Shown here in pieces: positions 19,637 through 29,382 of a stretch of DNA of 64,000 nt (positions are counted from its first letter, which is position 1; every line of letters begins with the position of its first letter). The notes below the pieces were generated by a model. The model did no database searches, was not told the origin of the DNA, and saw only the letters and a list, made by a program, of their open reading frames with translations. The position numbers and the translations under genes were made by a program. Source of the stretch: Terriglobia bacterium (GTDB lineage Bacteria; Acidobacteriota; Terriglobia; JAJPHL01; JAPKYU01); contig CBDBKE010000004.1 of the NCBI GenBank assembly GCA_965206645.1, forward strand, positions 384,001 to 448,000, read 5' to 3'.

Positions 19637-20920
19637 CTATAGCGCGATCGCCACGCCGGCCGGGATCTTTTTCACTGTCACTTTGGCATGCAAGTTCGCA
19701 ACTCCGGCGGCCTGGCGCGAGTCTATCACCTGAAACGACAGCACGTCGTCGAGCCAGTCGTGACTGGAGCCATCGGCGGACTGGGCGGCCACCGTCAGCG
19801 TATACTCCTGCGGCGTCAGCCAGCAGGGAAAAGTAAAGTTGACCTCCAGCAGGTCGCCGGCGTCCAGCGGCCCCAGCGAGCCGCACCTCTCCTGTTCCAG
19901 CAGCGTGTTGGTTCCGTAGACCTCCATCCCTATGCGCGTGCGCAGCATCATGCCCACGACGGGATTGGGATGAGGCTGGACGAAGCGCGCCAGCACGCGG
20001 ACCGAGGCGGTTTCTCCGGAGCGCAACACACGCACGGGCAAGCCTTCTTCATTGAACAGTTGCGCCTGCAACACCTCGGCCTGGCGGTCCCCGTGGCGCA
20101 AGGACCACTCCAGTGGGAGCGCTTCCTGGTCCCCAACCACCTCCTGGGCCGGGGCGGCGTCCGCAACCGCGAAGGCACGTTGCCGGTCCTTAATCAGCGC
20201 GTTGTAGTGGTTGGCGACGTCGCCGGGCTCGCCCTCCGCCAGCGTCCGGCCTTCATAGAGCAACATGGCCCGGTCACAGATCAGCTTCACCAGACCCAGG
20301 TCGTGCGACACCAGCATCACGGTGACGCCGCGCGCCTTCAGTTCCTGGAATTTCTGGATGCAGCGGTTCGCGAAGACGGCGTCACCGACCGCCAGCGCCT
20401 CGTCCACCACGAGCACGTCCGGGTCCACATGGATGGCAGTGGCAAAGGCCAGACGGACCCACATGCCGGTGGAATAGGTCTTCATCGGTTGGTCCATGAA
20501 CGCGCCGATTTCGGCGAACTCGGCGATGCGCTGGAAGTTGCGTTCCACGTGCTGGCGTCCCAGACCCATGATCTCGCCGTTCATGAAGACGTTTTCCCGC
20601 CCGGTGAACTCGGCATTGAATCCGGCTCCCAGGTCCAGCAGCGCCGCCACCCGCCCGGAGGACCACACCCGTCCGGCGGTCGGTTGCAGGATGCCGGTCA
20701 TAATTTCCAGCAGCGTGCTCTTGCCGGAGCCGTTGGGGCCAATGATACCGAAGCTCTCGCCGCGGCTGACCTGGAAGGAAATGTCGCGCAGGGCCCAAAA
20801 CTCGCGATGGAACGAGCGTCGGCCCAGCCAGGCCATTTCCTTCAGGCGATCCGAGGGTGCGCCGTACATGCGGTACAGCTTGGAGACTTTGGTGGCGACA
20901 ATGGCAGGACGAGCCATCAC
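19637..20920 (-). CDS. wzt: polysaccharide ABC transporter ATPase with Wzt C-terminal carbohydrate-binding domain
   Basis: GPNGSGKSTL, YSTGMWVRLAFA and VDEALAVGD; C-terminal ~170-aa Wzt_C region. Confidence 0.93.
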   Translation of the reverse strand: MMARPAIVATKVSKLYRMYGAPSDRLKEMAWLGRRSFHREFWALRDISFQVSRGESFGIIGPNGSGKSTLLEIMTGILQPTAGRVWSSGRVAALLDLGAGFNAEFTGRENVFMNGEIMGLGRQHVERNFQRIAEFAEIGAFMDQPMKTYSTGMWVRLAFATAIHVDPDVLVVDEALAVGDAVFANRCIQKFQELKARGVTVMLVSHDLGLVKLICDRAMLLYEGRTLAEGEPGDVANHYNALIKDRQRAFAVADAAPAQEVVGDQEALPLEWSLRHGDRQAEVLQAQLFNEEGLPVRVLRSGETASVRVLARFVQPHPNPVVGMMLRTRIGMEVYGTNTLLEQERCGSLGPLDAGDLLEVNFTFPCWLTPQEYTLTVAAQSADGSSHDWLDDVLSFQVIDSRQAAGVANLHAKVTVKKIPAGVAIAL

Positions 20921-22161
20921 AGAATGTCAGCAAACGATTTGCGGGATTTCCAGAACCAGCCAAAGCCGAGCACGTAGGCCGCCAACCCTGCGGCTGCCAG
21001 CCAGCCCAGCGCCGGCCAAGGTGGCGCCGTCTGCTCCAGGAAAATCGCCCGATAGGAACGCACCAGCACGTAGACGGGGTTCTTTTCTAGCAGCCACAAG
21101 CCGCTGGCGGGCAGGGCCGATTCGGGGTAGCAAATGGGCGTGGCGAAGAACCACAACGTGAGCAGCGCCGCCATGAATTGTCCCGTATCACGCAAGAATA
21201 CGCCCAACGCCGCCAGGAACCAGCACAGCCCGACGGTCAAAAGAACCTGGGGGACCAGCACCACCGGCAGGAGAAGTGCGGTAGCAGGAATTCCGCCCCG
21301 GAGGTAGATCAGGCCGACCAGGTAGACGAGCAGGGCGGAAAACTGGCTGACAAGCCCTCCCACCGCGATATTGACCGGGAGAATCTCCACGGGGAACAGT
21401 ACGCGGGTCACCAGCGTGCGGTGCTCCAACAGTACCGAGGGGGCGCGTGCCAGCGCTTCGCTGAACGCCAACCAGGGAAGGATCCCGCAAATGAAGTAGA
21501 GCAGAAAATCCAGGGGGCCGGATTCTTCCGGGCGCGGGCCGAAGCGCACCTGAAGAACCAGGGCAAACACGAAAAAGTAGGTGAGCATCAACAACAGAGG
21601 TTGGATCACCGTCCAGAAAAGCCCGGCCATCGAGCCGCGATAGCGACCGTGAACGTCGCGGCGCACCATGGAAGCGATCAGGGCGCGGTGGCGCACCACT
21701 GTGACGAAAGGTGCGACCAGAAGGCGCCCAAGGCGCCGTCGGGTGAGTTCCCAATACCGCCCAAAGGAAGTCAGGCGGTAGGGTTTGGCCCACAGCACCC
21801 CTGCTCGGTTAACCTCGACGCGCAGAACCAAGCAATCCGAGCCTCGCGCGTAAAACCAGGCCACTGGCTCCTCCACCGGAGAGACCAGCACCCGATAGGT
21901 CCCTTCTTCAGGTGGAAGCCGGAGGGTGAGGGAGGTTTCTACAGTGCTGCCTGGCGGTACCTCGACCCCGAACGGCGTGCGTTCGCCTTCCTCCAGTAGC
22001 GCCTCGGATGTTTCATCCAGGACCTGATAAGCCAGGAAGACCGGACCGTTGGCGGGCCAAGGGCGGTCGCTCAGGTTGCGAACCTGCACGCGCATGCGCA
22101 CCGACCGGGCTCCGACAGGATTCACCTCGGTGGCTGCCAGGTGGGCGCGGAAACGGGTCAT
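20917..22161 (-). CDS. wzm: polysaccharide ABC permease Wzm with an extra N-terminal Ig-like domain
   Basis: RDVHGRYRGSMAGLFW...TPICYP...FADIL; ~130-aa N-terminal beta domain (VQVRNLSDRPWP...VPPG..LRLPPEEGTY). Confidence 0.9.
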   Translation of the reverse strand: MTRFRAHLAATEVNPVGARSVRMRVQVRNLSDRPWPANGPVFLAYQVLDETSEALLEEGERTPFGVEVPPGSTVETSLTLRLPPEEGTYRVLVSPVEEPVAWFYARGSDCLVLRVEVNRAGVLWAKPYRLTSFGRYWELTRRRLGRLLVAPFVTVVRHRALIASMVRRDVHGRYRGSMAGLFWTVIQPLLLMLTYFFVFALVLQVRFGPRPEESGPLDFLLYFICGILPWLAFSEALARAPSVLLEHRTLVTRVLFPVEILPVNIAVGGLVSQFSALLVYLVGLIYLRGGIPATALLLPVVLVPQVLLTVGLCWFLAALGVFLRDTGQFMAALLTLWFFATPICYPESALPASGLWLLEKNPVYVLVRSYRAIFLEQTAPPWPALGWLAAAGLAAYVLGFGWFWKSRKSFADIL

Positions 22162-22449
22162 GGGAACTTGGGCCTGCCACAGCCGCTACGCCGAAACACG
22201 GCGCGCTCGGTTTGTTCACAATACCCGAACGCTGCCGTGGCGGGCAACCCCAAAGCTCGCTAGAGGTCCGCCCTGGCCGCCTGCCTGGCAGGCGGCTGAA
22301 AGAGTACTTGAGTGACTTGAGGGGTTGCTCTCTGGCGGTCGAGGCTTAGTGAAGCCTGGCGCTCAGTGCGACGAGGTGACAATGCTGGCTGTCCACCCAG
22401 GTTGAGGAGACGCTCACCTGCACTCAGGTGAGCGCGTGCAAATCATCCA

Positions 22450-23478
22450 CTAGGGATCCCCACGGACGACCGGTGTCCCCCGCTGCACTTGGCTGTTCGC
22501 CAGGGCAAGCACGTCTTCCGACAAGGCGCCCTCCTCGGGCGCGGCAGATTGGCCCGAAACCCTCCGGCTCCCCTGGCGACTCCTCCAAAGCACCCCCACC
22601 AACAGGGCTGCGCCGGCCGCCAGACGCAGCGGATACAGCAGCAGATGTACCAAGTGCAGCAGCCAGGGGCGTCGCCGGCGCACCGTTAAAGCCTGGTAAA
22701 AGATGCGATGCTCGAGCCGCCAGGAGAAATGACGCCACACTATCCGCAGACGCCAGGCCAGGTAGGCGTCGCCGTTTTCATTGTAGATTTCGCGCAGTCC
22801 CAGCGGCAGCCAAAAACCCAGCACCTTGATGTGCGTGTATCCTTCGTTCGTGCAAGGGATCACCAAGTGTCCCGAGCGGTTGCGTCCCAGACTCAAACTC
22901 AACAGGTCCTGCCAGCAGCCCGGGGAGAACACCCGCAATGGTGTGTAGGAGTCAAACAGGTGGGCTGCTGGCCCCACCAGGCGAACCGGAAGCAGGCCGT
23001 GGAGAGCAGCGCCGGGGTATCGGCGCCTCAGATCGGCGACGATGGTCTTCAGGTACAGTCCCGAGGCCGAACCTAGTACGGTCACCCGGTTGGGACGGCG
23101 TGTCAGCCAGGCCAGCCACAGGAACCGAGGCAACGAAAGGGAGACTTCTTCCCCGGCCGGCAGGGTGAACGTCACCCTCCCGCGTAGCGCGAAAGCCATT
23201 AGTTTGAGCGCGCGCGAATGACCCGCAGCCAGGCATATCACCTGAACTTGCCGCGATGAGCCGAGGAACCAGAAGAGCTGAAGCCATACCCACAGCCAAC
23301 CGGCCGCCGTAAAACCCAAGACCTGGTGCGGGAGCAAACCGCCCACGCGAACCAGCTCCTCTCGCTGCTCTACCCTTACCAGCACCCGCAGGTTCGCCGA
23401 CGTGAGTCCGGAGCGCGCCCGGCCCAGTGCCTCCACAGCACCACCAACCTCGCCGGTGACGAACAGGATAGCCTTCAT
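22450..23478 (-). CDS. hypothetical membrane-associated protein in the glycan cluster
   Basis: 342-aa ORF translationally coupled to the upstream GT; two loosely repeated halves; hydrophobic C-terminus. Confidence 0.65.
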   Translation of the reverse strand: MKAILFVTGEVGGAVEALGRARSGLTSANLRVLVRVEQREELVRVGGLLPHQVLGFTAAGWLWVWLQLFWFLGSSRQVQVICLAAGHSRALKLMAFALRGRVTFTLPAGEEVSLSLPRFLWLAWLTRRPNRVTVLGSASGLYLKTIVADLRRRYPGAALHGLLPVRLVGPAAHLFDSYTPLRVFSPGCWQDLLSLSLGRNRSGHLVIPCTNEGYTHIKVLGFWLPLGLREIYNENGDAYLAWRLRIVWRHFSWRLEHRIFYQALTVRRRRPWLLHLVHLLLYPLRLAAGAALLVGVLWRSRQGSRRVSGQSAAPEEGALSEDVLALANSQVQRGTPVVRGDP

Positions 23479-24662
23479 GCCGGCCGCTCCAGCAGGAAGT
23501 GCCGATAGCGCCGGGCGACGAAAGGGCCCTGGTTCTGCAAACTAAAGTGAGCCGTGGCGAAATTACGGGCTTGGCGGCGCAGGCGACGCCACAGAAGGTC
23601 GTCGCGCAGCAATCGAAGGATCTGCTGTGCAAAGACGGCGGGCGCGTCGGAAATCAGCAAATGCTCGCCCTCTTCCGTCCCGAGTCCGAGCGGCGCAAAG
23701 CTGGAAGCCACCACCGGAACTCCAGCCGTCATCGCCTCCAGGATCTTGGTACGGATCCCGCCGCCGGTGAAAATGGGCGCGATGTAGACACGGCTTTCCG
23801 CGTAGACGGCGCGCAAGTCCTCGACGAAGCCTCGGTACTTCGCCCCGCTGTCATGCATGTGGCCCAACAAGGCGTTGGAAGCGCCGGCCCCGATGACCGT
23901 CAGCCGCGCGTCCGGCTCCTCGCGCTGCACCTGCGGCCACACCGCGTCGAGGAACCAACGTAACCCCTCCTCGTTTGGCGTGTGGGGAAGAAAGCCGACA
24001 AAAAGCACCTGCAGTGCTTGGGGAATGTCTGGCGCTGGCGTGAACTGTTCCGAGTCTATTAGTAGAAACGGGAGCGCCTCCACCCGGGCCTCCGGCGCAA
24101 GTTCCAGCGCCCGCAGGCGCTCTTCTTCAGAAGTGACCAAGACCCGGTCAAAGCTACACAACGTGCGCCGATTGTGGCGGATGGTATCGAACGAGCCGAG
24201 CAATTGGGTGAACCGAGCACGGCGCTTCAGCGACTGCTTCCACCCCAAGTAAAAGTGCCACCATTCCTGCACGTGTGCTCGGATCAACCGGATAGCCGGG
24301 ATGCCGTCGGCGTACTCGGCCATGTTGAGATACTCCACCTGCACCAGATCCGGGCAGAAGGAGCGGGCCAGCTCCGCCACCCGGTGTTGGAGCGTCTTAT
24401 CCCGCAGATTGGAAAAATAAAAGGGTGTGGAGGAAAAGGCGTCCAGGTGACGGCGCTCCGGGGCCGGGACCAAAGCAACATCCCGGCAGATCAGCCGCAG
24501 CCCCTCCTCGGCCTGGCGAAGCAGGTTGGGCGGGCAGAAGCCGGCAAAGGCAATCTCAAAATCGGAGCGCAGCGCGCGCAGGTATCCAAAGATGGCGCTG
24601 CCGGCGCCGTGAAACACCGGGTAGGGCGTGACAGGAGAAATGATCATCAGGCGCGGTTTCAT
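23475..24662 (-). CDS. glycosyltransferase family 4
   Basis: LFVGFLPHTPNEEGL and GGIRTKILEAMTAGVPVV. Confidence 0.9.
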   Translation of the reverse strand: MKPRLMIISPVTPYPVFHGAGSAIFGYLRALRSDFEIAFAGFCPPNLLRQAEEGLRLICRDVALVPAPERRHLDAFSSTPFYFSNLRDKTLQHRVAELARSFCPDLVQVEYLNMAEYADGIPAIRLIRAHVQEWWHFYLGWKQSLKRRARFTQLLGSFDTIRHNRRTLCSFDRVLVTSEEERLRALELAPEARVEALPFLLIDSEQFTPAPDIPQALQVLFVGFLPHTPNEEGLRWFLDAVWPQVQREEPDARLTVIGAGASNALLGHMHDSGAKYRGFVEDLRAVYAESRVYIAPIFTGGGIRTKILEAMTAGVPVVASSFAPLGLGTEEGEHLLISDAPAVFAQQILRLLRDDLLWRRLRRQARNFATAHFSLQNQGPFVARRYRHFLLERPA

Positions 24663-24726
24663 GTGCTCCCGGTTGCCCTCTTCGAATCTGCGCGGTCCCG
24701 CCGACCCGCCAGGCTGCCTGACCCGG

Positions 24727-26778
24727 CTAGAACGAACTGTACAATTCCATAGGATAGCGTCGCTGGACCGGCCCCACTTTTTGGCCGACCGCGTAGATGA
24801 TGTCACCCCGCAAATCGCTGGGAAATCCCCACTGCTTAAGCAACTGATCGGCCGTCACGTAGCGCATCGCATCCTGCTCGTTCAGCCAGCCGGTTTCCAG
24901 GCGCGCCAACTCCAGCCCGGAGCTTTCGAACAGGACGCGAACATCTCCCGGCGCGTACTCGCGGTTGTGCCGGCCTTCCACTTCCGCGCCCGCTCGGGGT
25001 ACCCCATAAGTGTGAAACAGCCCTGGCTGGCAACCGTGCAAGATCGCCTGCAGTCCTCGCGTTCCAGTGATATTGGGGGTGCTCAATACCAGGTGCCCAT
25101 CCAGCTTCAGCACTCGGTTGATTTCCGCCATCATGTGCATGGGGTCCTGCGAAAGGTGCTCGATCAGCTCGCAGCACAGCACTGTGTCGAAAGACTCATC
25201 GGGATATGGAAACCGGTCCTTTTCCGCATCAAACAGATCGATCCAGCAGGAAAACTCTTCGCCTGTGGCGGAGTAGGTGACCTTATGATCGCTGCGTCCG
25301 GCTTTGCCGAAGTAGCAGCCACGGATCTCCCGATAGCCCAGAAAGCGGCGGAGGGCCGGCGTGATTTGCATATAGCAGCCCATTTCCAGGATGCGACTGC
25401 TTCCTCCCGTCACGGCGGGCGGCGTGATTTCTAGGGTCCGCAGCAGACGCTGGTGGTGCACATGGACATAATCCTCTGTTTCCCGGCTGGTAACGCTAAA
25501 CGAGAGGATGTATTCCGCTGCTGCCTCCCGGTCTAGGGTCGCGACAGTCGAGCCGGCGGCAGCGACTGGCTGGCCCGACGCGGCTTGTTCGCGGAGAAAC
25601 CCAGCATACTGTTCGGCGACCTTCTCCCAGGAGCACTCTTGTGCCGCCCAGCGGCTTGCCGCTTGACCCAGAGCTTCACGCAGTTCGGGAGTATTCAACA
25701 GGGCTGCCAGGTATTCGGTCAGCCACTCAACTTCCCTGCTACCTGCGGGCCCATTGCTTCCGGGCCCGTCGCCTACGGGCAATTTGAGGCAGGCATCGTT
25801 TGGCAATTCTGAGTAAAAACCCAGGTCGGAGACCACCGCCGGCTTCCCCAGAGCCATTTCCCGCAATAAGCTGCCCGAGGACTCTCCGGCCGTGGGATAG
25901 CGCAGGTTCAGGCAGACATCGCAGGCGGCCACGTAGTCGAGGAAATCCTCCAGGGGGACGAAGCCGAGCAGGTGCACACAATCCTCCAGATCCAAGCGTT
26001 GAATGAGAGGGCGCAACGGGTATTGGGGATGCTCTTCGCCGACTAACAGCAGGTGGGCGTCAGGAAAGGCGCGGCGCAGCCGGGCCAGAGCATGAATCGC
26101 ACTGTAGATGCGCTTGTAAGGTTTCAGGAAGCCGAAGGCGCCGATCAGTAGCCCCTGATCCAGACCGAGCCGTGCCCGGGCCTGTTGGAAATCCACGCGC
26201 GGGGCGGCGACCCCGTGAGGGATGCGAGCTAACGGCAGGCGGAATCTCGCTTGGCGCACAAGCCCAACCATGTACTTGCTGTGGACAATGGCGGCCTGGC
26301 TGTTTTCCAGCAGTCGCCGGTTCATAGGGATGCGCTCGTACTCCGGCTCGGTTTCTCCGCGCAACACCTTGTGCGCGTGATCCAGCGCCGCCGGCCCGGC
26401 GTTGTACTCCAGTTCCCGGAGGTAGCCGTCCCAGTCGTTCCGTGTGATGGTCACATCAGCCAGCAAGTAGTGCAGGTTAAATTCGTGTAACACCACCACG
26501 CCCGGGACGCGCACCGCCAGGTCGTAGATATAAACGTGCAGCGGGTTGTTGCCGACCTGGTAGAGGACGGCGTCGTAGTGCCTCCGGGCATGTTCTTCCT
26601 CAAATTCCCGCCAGTGCCGGATGCGGACAAGGTTCTGCAAATCCTGGCTGGCCGGGGTGTAATTTTCAATGAATACCTCCAGTTGGCAGTGCCGGGCTAG
26701 GTGGGGCAGCAGGGCCTCGCTGTAGTCGGCGATTCCCGAGCGGTTTGGGCTCAGCGGCGAGAAATAGGCGACTCGCAT
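24727..26778 (-). CDS. GT4 glycosyltransferase fused to a C-terminal SAM methyltransferase
   Basis: FSPLSPNRSGIADYS, LRYPTAGESSG..LREMALG; then ILEMGCY...FPYPDESFDTVLCCELIEHL...LSTPN. Confidence 0.9.
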   Translation of the reverse strand: MRVAYFSPLSPNRSGIADYSEALLPHLARHCQLEVFIENYTPASQDLQNLVRIRHWREFEEEHARRHYDAVLYQVGNNPLHVYIYDLAVRVPGVVVLHEFNLHYLLADVTITRNDWDGYLRELEYNAGPAALDHAHKVLRGETEPEYERIPMNRRLLENSQAAIVHSKYMVGLVRQARFRLPLARIPHGVAAPRVDFQQARARLGLDQGLLIGAFGFLKPYKRIYSAIHALARLRRAFPDAHLLLVGEEHPQYPLRPLIQRLDLEDCVHLLGFVPLEDFLDYVAACDVCLNLRYPTAGESSGSLLREMALGKPAVVSDLGFYSELPNDACLKLPVGDGPGSNGPAGSREVEWLTEYLAALLNTPELREALGQAASRWAAQECSWEKVAEQYAGFLREQAASGQPVAAAGSTVATLDREAAAEYILSFSVTSRETEDYVHVHHQRLLRTLEITPPAVTGGSSRILEMGCYMQITPALRRFLGYREIRGCYFGKAGRSDHKVTYSATGEEFSCWIDLFDAEKDRFPYPDESFDTVLCCELIEHLSQDPMHMMAEINRVLKLDGHLVLSTPNITGTRGLQAILHGCQPGLFHTYGVPRAGAEVEGRHNREYAPGDVRVLFESSGLELARLETGWLNEQDAMRYVTADQLLKQWGFPSDLRGDIIYAVGQKVGPVQRRYPMELYSSF

Positions 26779-26814
26779 GTCAGTTGCTGCTCCGGTTGCC
26801 CGGATCCCACCCTC

Positions 26815-27675
26815 TCAATTCGCTTCGTCGAGAAACTGCTGCAGGGCCTGGCGCCACTCCCACAGTGGCCCGACGCTGAGCTGGGCAAGCCGGCAACTGC
26901 TCAGGACGCCATAAGCGGGACGAGGGGCAGGCCGAGCTGATTCATCGCTGCTAATTGGTTCGACGGGCACCGGCGAAGCTAAACCTCTGGTAGCTGCCTC
27001 TTCGAGGATCGCCAAGGCGAATTCGTACCGAGAGCAGAAGCCCCCGCCAGCCGCATGCACAATCCCGGTGGCGTCGGTCGCCAGCAACGCAACGAGAGCC
27101 TCGGCGAGATCGCGCGTCCAGGTTGGACAGCCCACTTGGTCATGAACAACCCGAAGGGGCTGGCCGCGTCGTGCTCGCTCCAGAATAGCGCTGATGAAGT
27201 GACGCCCGTAGCGGCCATACACCCAGGCGGTGCGCACGACAAGATGGTCAGGGTGTTCCCGCACGGCGCGCTCGCCTTCAAGCTTGGAGCGGCCATAGAC
27301 GCTCAGGGGATTCGTGGCGTCCGCCTCCATGTAGGGGCGGCGCAGGGTGCCATCGAAGACGTAGTCAGTACTGATGTAGATCAGCCGCGCGCCGCACTCG
27401 GCGGCGGCCTGAGCTACATTGCGCGCTCCCTCGGCATTCACCTGCATCGCCTGGGTCGGGTTGAGTTCGCACCCGTCCACATCGGTATAGGCCGCGGCGT
27501 GGACCACGGCCTGCGGACGGGCGGTACCCAAACTGGTGCGAACTGCCTCTGGCTGGGTGATATCGCAGTCGGACCTGCTTAACAAAACCAGCTCATGACG
27601 TTGGGAGGCAGACGAAAGCACGCCGGCCAGTTCACGCCCAAGCATGCCTGCCGCCCCGGTCACAGCGACCCGCAT
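26815..27675 (-). CDS. rmlD: dTDP-4-dehydrorhamnose reductase
   Basis: TGAAGMLG, ISTDYVFDG, YGRSKLEGE and DQVGCPT. Confidence 0.96.
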   Translation of the reverse strand: MRVAVTGAAGMLGRELAGVLSSASQRHELVLLSRSDCDITQPEAVRTSLGTARPQAVVHAAAYTDVDGCELNPTQAMQVNAEGARNVAQAAAECGARLIYISTDYVFDGTLRRPYMEADATNPLSVYGRSKLEGERAVREHPDHLVVRTAWVYGRYGRHFISAILERARRGQPLRVVHDQVGCPTWTRDLAEALVALLATDATGIVHAAGGGFCSRYEFALAILEEAATRGLASPVPVEPISSDESARPAPRPAYGVLSSCRLAQLSVGPLWEWRQALQQFLDEAN

Positions 27676-27679
27676 GGCC

Positions 27680-28729
27680 TCAGGACTCGCCGCTCTGGCC
27701 GCCTAGCATGGCGCTCAGCGACTCCTCACGCCGGGTGTAATGCCGTTCGTAGTACTGGCGGTAGGCACCGTCGCGCACGCGCGCGACCCACTCCGGGTGC
27801 TCCACGTACCAGGCGACCGTCTTGCGGATGCGCGCAGGGAAGCTCTCCCGCGGCAACCAACCCAACCGGGTTTGCAGCTTGGAGCAGTCCAGGGCGTAGC
27901 GACGGTCGTGCGCCGGGCGGTCCGCTACGAACGCAATCAGCGAGCTGGGCTTGTTTAGAAGTTGAAGCACGCTGCGGGCCACTTCCAGATTGGTCCGCTG
28001 CTCGGCGACACCGATGTTGTAAATCTCGCCCGGCTCGCCCCGGTGGAGCAACAGGTCCAGCGCCCGGCAGTGGTCTTCCACGTAAAGCCAGTCACGCACG
28101 TGCAGGCCATCGCCGTAGACGGGCACCGGGCGGTCCTCCAGGGCGTTGGCGATCACGAGCGGGATGAATTTCTCGGGGAATTGGAATGGGCCGTAGTTGT
28201 TCGAAGCACGACTGATCAGCGCAGGTACACGGTAAGTGCGGGCGTAAGCCAGCACCAGCATGTCGGAGGCGGCCTTGGCCGCCGCGTAGGGGTTGGTCGG
28301 CGACAGCAGCGCATCCTCGCCGGCCCAACGGACCTCCGGAAGCGAGCCGTACACCTCGTCGGTGGAGACGTGCACGAACTGCTTCACCTTGGCGCGGCGC
28401 GCGCACTCCAGTAAGGTGTGCGTTCCCCAGACATTGGTCTCCAGGAAGGGAGCGGCGCTTTCGATGCTGCGGTCCACGTGCGATTCGGCCGCCAGATGCA
28501 CAACAGCGTCGACATCCGCCATCAGCTGCTCGACCAGCTCCGCGTTGCACACATCGCCCTGGACGAAACGGTAATTGCTGGCATGGCTGCAGTCCGACAG
28601 GTTCTCCAGGTTCCCGGCGTAGGTCAGCTTGTCCAGGTTGGTGATGTGGTAGTTTGGATGCTCCTGAAGCAGGAAGCGGATGAAGTTCGAGCCGATGAAG
28701 CCTGCCCCACCCGTCACCAGCACGCGCAT
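27680..28729 (-). CDS. rmlB: dTDP-glucose 4,6-dehydratase
   Basis: TGGAGFIGSNF, DKLTYAGN, AAESHVDRSI, STDEVYG and QFPEKFIP. Confidence 0.97.
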   Translation of the reverse strand: MRVLVTGGAGFIGSNFIRFLLQEHPNYHITNLDKLTYAGNLENLSDCSHASNYRFVQGDVCNAELVEQLMADVDAVVHLAAESHVDRSIESAAPFLETNVWGTHTLLECARRAKVKQFVHVSTDEVYGSLPEVRWAGEDALLSPTNPYAAAKAASDMLVLAYARTYRVPALISRASNNYGPFQFPEKFIPLVIANALEDRPVPVYGDGLHVRDWLYVEDHCRALDLLLHRGEPGEIYNIGVAEQRTNLEVARSVLQLLNKPSSLIAFVADRPAHDRRYALDCSKLQTRLGWLPRESFPARIRKTVAWYVEHPEWVARVRDGAYRQYYERHYTRREESLSAMLGGQSGES

Positions 28730-28731
28730 GG

Positions 28732-29382
28732 TTACCTGTACTGGGTTTCCCAGTCGTAGTTGATGTCTGGGTCGTTGTAGGGGATGCGGCCTTCGTCCTT
28801 CGGATCGTAGAAGTGGTCCGTGGCGTAGACTAGCAGCGCCGGCCGGGTCCCCAGCACCTTATAACCATGGCCCACTCCGGGCGGGATCCGCAACGACCAG
28901 GGCCGCAGCTCGCCCATGTACAGCGTATTCTTCATCCCGAAACTGGGTGATCCCACCCGCAGGTCGTACAGACTCACCTGTAGCATGCCCAGGACCGGCG
29001 CCCAAACGTCGGTCTGGCGCAAGTGGTAATGCAGAGCCTTGATCGTGCCGGGATAGGAGAGCGCGGCCGAAACTTGCAACGCGGCGACGGAAAGGCCGCC
29101 CTCCAGGCCCTGGCCGACCCGCAACACCTCCAGGAGGTAGCCGCGGTCGTCCGGCCAGAGTTGGAGAGGAACAATGCCGACTCCCTCGATGAGTCGCCCG
29201 GACCCCTCCTTGACAATTACTTCCCCGAGACCGCGCTGGCCTCCGGCAGCGATGGCTAACTCCAGTCCCTCCCCCTGCGCTACCGGTTTCAGCTTCGCTC
29301 CGACTTTCTGTCCCAACGACGCCACAGCCCTCCTAGCGGCGGATGACGCTTGCCACACCGACATCGTCCGTTTTGTTTGCAC
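28732..29382 (-). CDS. rmlC: dTDP-4-dehydrorhamnose 3,5-epimerase family protein (start uncertain)
   Basis: DDRGYL.E, KALHYH, DLRVGSPSFG and IPPGVGHGY. Confidence 0.9.
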   Translation of the reverse strand: MQTKRTMSVWQASSAARRAVASLGQKVGAKLKPVAQGEGLELAIAAGGQRGLGEVIVKEGSGRLIEGVGIVPLQLWPDDRGYLLEVLRVGQGLEGGLSVAALQVSAALSYPGTIKALHYHLRQTDVWAPVLGMLQVSLYDLRVGSPSFGMKNTLYMGELRPWSLRIPPGVGHGYKVLGTRPALLVYATDHFYDPKDEGRIPYNDPDINYDWETQYR

